Below, in pieces: positions 56,954 through 64,000 of a DNA stretch of 64,000 nt (within the stretch, counting starts at the first letter, position 1; each line of letters starts with the position of its first letter). Source of the stretch: an uncultured Eubacteriales bacterium (lineage in GTDB: Bacteria > Bacillota > Sulfobacillia > Fermentithermobacillales > Fermentithermobacillaceae); NCBI GenBank assembly GCA_964641455.1, contig CAZXLH010000003.1, positions 8,592 to 72,591 on the forward strand, in the 5' to 3' direction. Position numbers and translations under genes: made by a program. Below the pieces are notes generated by a model. It had not been told where the DNA came from. It saw only the letters and a program-made list of their open reading frames with translations, and did no database searches.

Positions 56954-57134
56954 ATTCTCTTCCTCCTGCTATATGCGCAATATTCCTATATTGTGAACAA
57001 CATATCAAATAGGCTTGTGTCTGTATATTGACTTTAAGTTGTCTTTAATATAAGGTAGCGCAGATAGGCACGTGACTTAAAATAAACTGAAAACACTTCA
57101 GGCAACCGGAATATCTAAGCAAAGGAGCAACACC

Positions 57135-58460
57135 ATGAAATTTAAACTAGGAGTAGTCGGACATAGGGACACCCTGGAAATGGTCTCTAAAATAATTGAC
57201 GAATACTTCGATGATATAGAAATGTACCCTGAAGAATTTGGAAACGACGATATCATTACTGATGCAGTTGAGCGAATTGCACGGCTACAGACCGTTTGCG
57301 ACGGAATCCTTTATTCCCGCCGAGATCCTTACCTGCTGGTCTCGGGACGGCTACATCATACCGTACCGGTGCGCTACGTTGAAATAGACAGTTCCCACCT
57401 GCTTATCAGCCTGTTGGAAGCTAACATTCGCTATGGGATTAGGCCTATTAACATCAGCATTGATGCTATTGACCGTGCCACAGCAGTTAAAGCTTTTCAG
57501 AGTGTAGGCATTCCCGAAGAGCGGCTAACCATCAATGTGGTCAGCACCAATTTAGGGCAAAGCGAGCTAGTCAACACTACCCTGGCCCAACATCTCAAAC
57601 ATTATCAAAAAGGCGCCCAACTGTGCATCACCAACATAACAGACGTTTACCGTTCCCTGCTGGAATTAAATGTGCCTGTAACGGTCATCAATCCAACAAC
57701 TGAATCCTTTGTTCATGAGATCCGCAACCTAATGCTCCGCTATCGTCTCAAAAGCCAGCATTCCAGCCCATTGGCTATTTTACATATCTATCTACGGTAT
57801 AAGGAAAAATATCGGTTTTACGGCGATATACCCATCAGAGAAATAGACGAGTTAAGCAATGCCGCTAAACTCATGGCCGTTTTTGCGGAAAAACTGGAAG
57901 GCGCCATGTTCACTATAAGCAGATGGGAATATCTGATTTTCTGCAGTCAGTTCGTGCTGCACAACACTACAAATCAATTTATGGAAATCGGCTTAATGGA
58001 AAGTATTAACCGGGATACGGTTTTTGACGTTGCAATGGGCATTGGCTGCGGACAAACGGTCAAGGAAGCGCAGTCCAATGCAATAATCGCCGCTAACCAT
58101 TCTGTTGCCCAGCGAGGCACTAACATGGTAATCGCACTTTCTCCTGAACGCCTTGTCGGCCCTATTAGCCCCAGAAGCAGGCATTTTTCCGACGATAGCC
58201 TTACCGAAACCCAGCTTGAAGAAATCGCAGGAGCAACCGGGCTGAGCATCAGTACCCTTAACCAACTTTATCAGGCAACCCTTGCCCGAAATTCAAATTT
58301 GTTTACTTCGGCCGAACTGGCTGAAATTCTTGATGTGACTACCCGAACAGTTAACCGCTATGTGGAACGGCTTATCGATAACCGGTACGCTGAAATTGCC
58401 GGAAAAAACCTGACAAAACCCAAAGGGCGGCCTGCACGGGTGATCCGCCTGTTATTCTAG
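57135..58460 (+). CDS. Putative transcriptional regulator (sensor, GGDEF-like middle, C-terminal HTH)
   Basis: GIGCGQT..EA..NA..A middle motif and C-terminal ELAEILDVTTRTVNRYV...GRP; divergent from the lyase operon. Confidence 0.75.
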   Translation: MKFKLGVVGHRDTLEMVSKIIDEYFDDIEMYPEEFGNDDIITDAVERIARLQTVCDGILYSRRDPYLLVSGRLHHTVPVRYVEIDSSHLLISLLEANIRYGIRPINISIDAIDRATAVKAFQSVGIPEERLTINVVSTNLGQSELVNTTLAQHLKHYQKGAQLCITNITDVYRSLLELNVPVTVINPTTESFVHEIRNLMLRYRLKSQHSSPLAILHIYLRYKEKYRFYGDIPIREIDELSNAAKLMAVFAEKLEGAMFTISRWEYLIFCSQFVLHNTTNQFMEIGLMESINRDTVFDVAMGIGCGQTVKEAQSNAIIAANHSVAQRGTNMVIALSPERLVGPISPRSRHFSDDSLTETQLEEIAGATGLSISTLNQLYQATLARNSNLFTSAELAEILDVTTRTVNRYVERLIDNRYAEIAGKNLTKPKGRPARVIRLLF

Positions 58461-58748
58461 TCAACCGGCTAACACACAGGTAACGCGAAACGGTATCGAC
58501 CCAAACTCGATATGGTGGATATAGCCTGGCTATGTAGGCGAAGCAGCATTTTTCGGCAGCAAACTTACTTTCGCAAAACGCCATATAGCCAAGTCAGGCA
58601 ACATCTCAAAACAACATGCTATTTCCGTCACTGCAAAACCTACGTATCCATCTTTGAACCCGCTACTATAGAAGATGTTATTGCCACAGTCGCAAAACCT
58701 ACGCATTCGTCTCTAAATCCATAGCTCATCCGCCTACCCAACTGCTGC

Positions 58749-59771
58749 CTACAAGTTGCATGTGATATCTTGTGCAAAAAGAGAGGCAAGCCCGCCTGTA
58801 TGAATATAGCAGGCACCTTCGTCAGAAGGTATAATGCCCTTTTTAATCAAATCAAGGAAACCGCCAAAAGACTTGCTTGTATATACATCTTCCAGCAAAA
58901 TCGCTTCTGTCTGAGCCAATGTAAAAAGCGCCTGCCTGGACTGCTCGGTGGGAACAGCATAACCTTCGCCTAAGTACTCATCGTAAATAGTCGTTACCTT
59001 ATCAGGCGAAACCTGTGGCTGGAGCCCTTGCACTGACTTAGTTATGCCAGCGGCTCCTTCAATAAGGCCGCTCATGAGTTTTTCAAGAACCGGTTTTGGA
59101 TACTCTACACTGATTACATGCACATGGAAAGGGTGTCCGAGGAGGGCAGCCCCCAACACAAAACCGCTGGCAGTGCCTCCCATGGCCCCAACTATCCCGA
59201 CATGCTTGATGTTTAAATCCTTAGCTTTGATTTGGGCATATAACTCGAAAGCCGCGTTCACATACCCAAGAGCCCCTAAAGAAGTAGATGCTCCGTTATG
59301 AATAATATAGGGGTTTCGCCCTTCCCGCCGCATTTTATCTGCCAGTTTCTCCATTTCACAGGTTCTGGTATGCTCATCTGTTTTACCCACAAAAACAGAC
59401 TCAGCTCCAAAAACACAATTCAAGAGCATATTCCCCTCAAGTTTTTGTGGCCGGTCATCATTATGAACCAGCAGACAATCGAGCCCAAGTTTACAGCAAG
59501 CCCCTGCCGTAAGTGAACACAAATTGGACTGCAACCCACCTGCGGTCAAAATAATATCTGCGCCGCTTTTCACAGCATCCCCTAAAAGAAACTCCAGGCT
59601 GCGTGTCTTGTTGCCACCTTGCCCTAATCCGGAAAGATCATCTCTTTTGATATAAAACTGCTTATGCTTTAGCTGTTCTCCCAGCCTATCTAACTTTTGT
59701 AAAGGCGTGGGCCATATTCCAAGGTTAACCCTTGGAAGCCGGTCAAGGCACCACCGGTGATTCATCCCCAT
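58749..59771 (-). CDS. D-cysteine desulfhydrase/ACC deaminase family PLP enzyme
   Basis: IKRDD, GGNK (PLP Lys), VYT.K and HTGG; the Thr residues point to the D-Cys desulfhydrase side of the family. Confidence 0.85.
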   Translation of the reverse strand: MGMNHRWCLDRLPRVNLGIWPTPLQKLDRLGEQLKHKQFYIKRDDLSGLGQGGNKTRSLEFLLGDAVKSGADIILTAGGLQSNLCSLTAGACCKLGLDCLLVHNDDRPQKLEGNMLLNCVFGAESVFVGKTDEHTRTCEMEKLADKMRREGRNPYIIHNGASTSLGALGYVNAAFELYAQIKAKDLNIKHVGIVGAMGGTASGFVLGAALLGHPFHVHVISVEYPKPVLEKLMSGLIEGAAGITKSVQGLQPQVSPDKVTTIYDEYLGEGYAVPTEQSRQALFTLAQTEAILLEDVYTSKSFGGFLDLIKKGIIPSDEGACYIHTGGLASLFAQDITCNL

Positions 59772-59840
59772 TTTCTACACTCCCAATCTCGGGACTCGGT
59801 TCGTCTCTTACCCTGATCTTCCCAATTACATAAGTGCTAA

Positions 59841-61370
59841 TCACAAGAGTGTGTTAACAACCTGGCTCGCTGCATTCGCCACTTCCCCTGAGATAATCAG
59901 TAACCTCGCCTTTTCTATGTCGTCATACATTTCCCTGTCATCATAAAGCGCGGGTACTTCATCTCGCAGCAAATTATAAGCAGCCAGCCCGGCCGGAGAT
60001 AGTCGCTCTGCCCCCAGGAATTCAATTGCCTGACACGCTGCAAGATACTCAATTGCCAATATATAAGAAACGTTTGACGCTATATCCCGGGCTTTTCTGG
60101 CGGCACTCGTTGACATGCTCACGTGGTCTTCTTGATCAGCTGATGTCGGAATAGTATCTACACTGGCAGGATGAGCTAAGGTTTTGCACTCTGAAGCAAT
60201 CGATGCGGCTGTGTACTGCATAATCATGAACCCTGAGTTTAGCCCACCGTCGCGGGCCAGAAAAGAAGGAAGCCCGCTCTTATTATGGTCCATAAGCCTC
60301 GCCGTACGCCTTTCAGACATGTTGCCAAAAGAACACAAGGCAATGCCTAAATAATCTGCTGCAACCGATAAAGGTTGTCCGTGAAAATTGCCGCCGGAAA
60401 TAACCCTTCCGTCAGGAAGAACCAGAGGGTTATCAGTAGCAGAGCCTGACTCGATTTCAATTACTGAACTCACATGATCAAGAGCTTGCCGGACTGCTCC
60501 ATGAACCTGCGGAATGCAACGTAACGCATATGCATCTTGTACCCTAACCTCTCCTGAAGCTGTAGCCAGTTGGGAATCTTTGAGCAACGCCCTCAGGTTT
60601 TGTCCCACTTGCCCGGCACCTGTATGAGGCCGAAGCGACATTATGGATTCATCGTAAGCGTCACGAACGACTCTTAATGCCTGCCCGGTAAGGCTTGCTA
60701 TTATGTCTGCCGCCACGGCCAATGTATATCCCCTGTGTATGGCCAAGGCAAGAACTGCGGCAGTCATCTGCACTCCGTTGGTCAGCGCCAGGCCTTCCTT
60801 AGCTTCCAGCTCAACCGGGGCGATTCCGGCGCGTTCTAATGCCTCTTGCCCGGAAAGCAACTCGCCCTCGTAGAAAGCATAGCCTTTTCCCAAAAGCACT
60901 AAGGATATGTGGGAAAGAGGAGCAAGGTCGCCGCTGGCTCCTACTGAACCTTTCTGGGGAACGTAAGGGATAATATTTTTATTCAGAAGGCCACAAAGGG
61001 TTCTTACGACTTCCGGCCTAACTCCGGACATCCCTCTGGCAAGCGCATTGGCCCGCAAAAACATTGCGGCCCTTACCTCGGGTTCTGAAAATATTTGCCC
61101 CACGCCCACTGCATGACTCAACACCAAATTGGTTTGCAGTTTTCTAATGTTCTCAACTGAAATTGCAACATCTGCAAACTTGCCGAAACCGGTGTTTACA
61201 CCGTATACCCTTGCATCCTGAGATACAATGTTATCGATTATCTCGCGGGAAGCGCACATTTTCTCCCATGCGCCGGATGCAATTTCAACTGCTTCTTTGT
61301 CCAAAGCTACCCTGGCTATTTCCTGGATTGTCTTTGGAGTTCCATCTACTGCAACCGTCATAACGACCAT
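59841..61370 (-). CDS. hutH: Histidine ammonia-lyase
   Basis: YGVNTGFG, LVLSHA (His-specific SH), GSVGASGD (MIO), QDAYALRC and QEDHVSM motifs. Confidence 0.95.
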   Translation of the reverse strand: MVVMTVAVDGTPKTIQEIARVALDKEAVEIASGAWEKMCASREIIDNIVSQDARVYGVNTGFGKFADVAISVENIRKLQTNLVLSHAVGVGQIFSEPEVRAAMFLRANALARGMSGVRPEVVRTLCGLLNKNIIPYVPQKGSVGASGDLAPLSHISLVLLGKGYAFYEGELLSGQEALERAGIAPVELEAKEGLALTNGVQMTAAVLALAIHRGYTLAVAADIIASLTGQALRVVRDAYDESIMSLRPHTGAGQVGQNLRALLKDSQLATASGEVRVQDAYALRCIPQVHGAVRQALDHVSSVIEIESGSATDNPLVLPDGRVISGGNFHGQPLSVAADYLGIALCSFGNMSERRTARLMDHNKSGLPSFLARDGGLNSGFMIMQYTAASIASECKTLAHPASVDTIPTSADQEDHVSMSTSAARKARDIASNVSYILAIEYLAACQAIEFLGAERLSPAGLAAYNLLRDEVPALYDDREMYDDIEKARLLIISGEVANAASQVVNTLL

Positions 61371-61412
61371 GCTCCTTTGATATCAAGTTCAATGAAAATT
61401 ACAGAAATCAGC

Positions 61413-63065
61413 CTATTTCAGCATAGGGATTTTTACGCCTCTTTGCTTGGCAGTGTCTATAGCTCTTTGGTATCCTGCATCAACGTGCCGCATTACTCCT
61501 GTACCGGGATCGGTGGTTAAGACTCTCTTTAGTTTCTCTTCGGCCCGATCTGTACCATCTGCAACTACTACCATACCTGCGTGAATCGAGTACCCAATCC
61601 CTACACCACCGCCATGGTGGACAGATATCCAGCTGGCACCGGCTGCAGTATTAACGAGGGCATTGAGAATCGGCCAGTCAGCAATAGCGTCTGAGCCGTC
61701 TCGCATAGATTCAGTCTCACGGTTTGGTGAAGCTACACTTCCGCTGTCAAGATGATCTCTGCCAATAACAATAGGAGCCTTGACTTCGCCTTTTCGAACC
61801 AGTTCATTGAACAATAGTCCGGCTTTGGCTCGTTCTCCGTAACTTAACCAGCATATTCTCGAAGGCAACCCCTGGAACTGTACTTTTTCCCGAGCCATCT
61901 TAAGCCATCTGATCATAGTCTTGTTTTCAGGAAACGCTTCTATAAGGGCTTCATCTGTGCGGTAAATATCAGCCGGATCTCCTGACAACGCAACCCACCT
62001 GAAAGGCCCATTGCCTTCGCAAAACATCGGGCGAATGAAAGCAGGCACAAAACCGGGGAAATTGAAGGCGTCTTTTAGCCCTGCAGAAAAGGCCTGTTGC
62101 CTGATGTTGTTACCATAGTCAAATACAATAGACCCTTTCTTCTGCCAATCAAGCATAGCCTGAACATGAGTAACCACGCTCTCAGTAGACCTGCGGATAT
62201 ACTCATCAGGATCTTCCTTGCGAAGAGCCTCAGCTTCCTCTATGGCCAAACCTGCCGGTACGTATCCTCCAAGCAGGTCATGGGCAGACGTTTGGTCTGT
62301 AACCAAGTCCGGTACAATACCGCGTTTTACAAGCTCAGGGTGAACCTCGGCTGCATTGCCTAAAACGGCTATAGACTTGGGTTCGCCTTTTTCCAAGGCT
62401 TCTTTGGCAACCTTGAGCGCATGGTCGAGATTGTCAGCTTGCATATCGCAATACCCTTTTTCCAGGCGGCGTTGAATCCTCCACGGATCAACCTCTACAA
62501 CAAGCGCAACTCCTTCGTTCATGGTAACAGCCAAAGGCTGTGCGCCACCCATGCCGCCCAGCCCGGCGGTAACGACTAACTTGCCTTTCAGACTGCCGCC
62601 AAAATGCTTTCGTGCAGCTTCTGCAATAGTTTCATATGTTCCTTGGAGAATTCCCTGTGCACCAATGTATATCCAGCTGCCTGCAGTCATCTGGCCATAC
62701 ATTGTAAGCCCTTTTCTCTCAAACTCTCTGAATTGCTCCCAGGTTGCCCAGGCAGGAACAAGCAGTGCGTTGGCAATAAGAACTCGTGGAGCCTGGGCGT
62801 GGGTCTTAAAAACACCTACCGGCTTACCGGACTGCACAAGAAGGGTCTCGTCTGGCTCAAGTTCCTTAAGGCTCTCGACAATTGCATCAAAAGCTTCCCA
62901 ACTTCGAGCAGCTTTTCCGGTTCCACCATAGACTATAAGTTCATCAGGCTTTTCTGCCACTTCAGGATCGAGATTATTCATAATCATTCTCATAGCTGCT
63001 TCTTGTTCCCAGCCCTTACAGGACAATTCAGAACCTCTGGGCGCTCTTACTGTACGTTTTGCCAT
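61413..63065 (-). CDS. hutU: Urocanate hydratase
   Basis: [29 protein letters not shown] and HHGGGVGIG motifs. Confidence 0.98.
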   Translation of the reverse strand: MAKRTVRAPRGSELSCKGWEQEAAMRMIMNNLDPEVAEKPDELIVYGGTGKAARSWEAFDAIVESLKELEPDETLLVQSGKPVGVFKTHAQAPRVLIANALLVPAWATWEQFREFERKGLTMYGQMTAGSWIYIGAQGILQGTYETIAEAARKHFGGSLKGKLVVTAGLGGMGGAQPLAVTMNEGVALVVEVDPWRIQRRLEKGYCDMQADNLDHALKVAKEALEKGEPKSIAVLGNAAEVHPELVKRGIVPDLVTDQTSAHDLLGGYVPAGLAIEEAEALRKEDPDEYIRRSTESVVTHVQAMLDWQKKGSIVFDYGNNIRQQAFSAGLKDAFNFPGFVPAFIRPMFCEGNGPFRWVALSGDPADIYRTDEALIEAFPENKTMIRWLKMAREKVQFQGLPSRICWLSYGERAKAGLLFNELVRKGEVKAPIVIGRDHLDSGSVASPNRETESMRDGSDAIADWPILNALVNTAAGASWISVHHGGGVGIGYSIHAGMVVVADGTDRAEEKLKRVLTTDPGTGVMRHVDAGYQRAIDTAKQRGVKIPMLK

Positions 63066-63126
63066 GTTTTTCTATCCTCCCGTTAATTATTGAACACCTA
63101 AAACTCCTTCTCTAACTTAAATCATA

Positions 63127-63828
63127 CTACTTTTTGGAATCCCGGATTTCCTCTAAATAGCGATACACTGTGTGCTTAGACGTATTGATAAGCCTTGCCA
63201 CTTCTTCAACTGTGCCTTTTACCAAAAATAACCCCTTTTCTTCAAGCGAAGAAACCAATCTAAGACGTTCTTCCCGGGTAAGCTCAGCAGGCGGCTTTTC
63301 GAGCCGCTCTTCAGCTTCTTCAAGCAAAGACCGGACAAGTGTCGAAACGTTATCAGGAAATTCCTCAAACCCAAATTGCACTGAGGAATTTGGATCCATA
63401 GTCACAAGAAGATCATTTAATGCCAGTTGCCCGGCGCGAAAATCGGTTAAATCAAGGTTAAGACAAAAACACCCAATTAGCTTACCCTTAGAGTCGCGGA
63501 TAAATATTGTAGATGATTTGAGTTCACGCCCATCACGGGTTTCAGCACGATAGCCAATAAGGTCCGGTACTTCTTCTCCATACAACCTAAGAGTTTTCAG
63601 CACCAAAGTAGTAAGTGGAGCCCCAATATCCCGGTGTGTAACGTCTCCCGCAACGTAGATAACAGAGTGATCAAGATCGGTGAAATCATGGATAACCACT
63701 TCACACGAATTGCCAAACATCTTTGCTACCCCATCTGCTACAGGCTTTAATACCTGAAAGATATGGTTTGAACACTTGTCTACACTTTCAGAGTCATTGT
63801 GTACAGATACCCCATCTCGTTGAGACAC
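63127..63828 (-). CDS. YheO-like PAS domain/HTH transcriptional regulator
   Basis: CEVVIHD, DGRELKSSTIFIRD, GLFLVKG.VE.VA..I..SK.TVY.YL. Start taken at the GTG at 63828. Confidence 0.88.
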   Translation of the reverse strand: MSQRDGVSVHNDSESVDKCSNHIFQVLKPVADGVAKMFGNSCEVVIHDFTDLDHSVIYVAGDVTHRDIGAPLTTLVLKTLRLYGEEVPDLIGYRAETRDGRELKSSTIFIRDSKGKLIGCFCLNLDLTDFRAGQLALNDLLVTMDPNSSVQFGFEEFPDNVSTLVRSLLEEAEERLEKPPAELTREERLRLVSSLEEKGLFLVKGTVEEVARLINTSKHTVYRYLEEIRDSKK

Positions 63829-63888
63829 AAGATCTTCCCCCCTTTCAAAAGCGAAAGCCTCTTTTGCTGAGCCCTTCAGCATTAGAAA

Positions 63889-63957
63889 CTACATACGTGA
63901 TTAAAGACTCGATACGTGATTAAAAGCTACATACGTGACTAGTGACTACATACGTAA
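63889..63957. repeat. Four imperfect 19-bp-period direct repeats (CTACATACGTGA core)
   Basis: Cores start at 63889, 63908, 63927 and 63946. Confidence 0.8.
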
Positions 63958-64000
63958 CCGGATAGCATTTTGCAATGCCGTAATATTGGAAACTTCGAAT

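Noticed and set aside
375-63923. Numerous 60-200 aa ORFs antisense to or nested in the annotated genes
   Set aside because: They are shadow ORFs of real genes, with no RBS, motifs or independent context.
45243-64000. Integrative element or genomic island inserted at tRNA-Leu
   Set aside because: No integrase, transposase, phage or conjugation genes were seen, and I found no duplicate of the tRNA 3' end. Old horizontal acquisition is not excluded.

Overview
This 64-kb window looks like the chromosome of an anaerobic, amino-acid-fermenting Bacillota-type bacterium; the taxonomy is inferred from gene content and order. (1) 1-10.6 kb: the housekeeping operon rimP-nusA-ylxR-infB-ylxP-rbfA-DHH-truB-ribF-rpsO-pnp-nfo on the minus strand, with an S15 leader and no L7Ae gene. 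(2) 10.7-36 kb: a co-oriented proline/hydroxyproline catabolic supercluster. It holds S9 and M24 peptidases, two DUF885 paralogs, a Hyp/Pro epimerase, two multi-subunit flavo/Fe-S amino-acid dehydrogenase modules, a tungsten-type AOR with ferredoxin, the glycyl radical enzyme HypD with its activase, and a four-gene DUF6754 membrane cassette with one frameshifted gene. (3) 36.4-40 kb: a membrane protein ending in a 9-Cys CACACACVSCACACACAGGGGCT tail and a DUF1294 gene, convergent with a radical SAM/SPASM enzyme that has a PqqD/RRE-like N-terminus. This is the best candidate for an undescribed system. (4) 40-41 kb: short inverted-repeat elements, a 53-bp hairpin tandem array and a zinc-ribbon pseudogene remnant. 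(5) potABCD and tRNA-Leu(CAA). (6) 45.6-59.8 kb: a peptide/amino-acid catabolic cluster (S15 hydrolase, Opp transporter, M19 dipeptidase, OCD-family enzyme, tryptophanase-like lyase, regulator, D-cysteine desulfhydrase-like enzyme). (7) hutH-hutU with a YheO-type regulator. No integrase, transposase, cas gene or rRNA was seen. All family assignments come from motif recognition by eye; no database searches were run.
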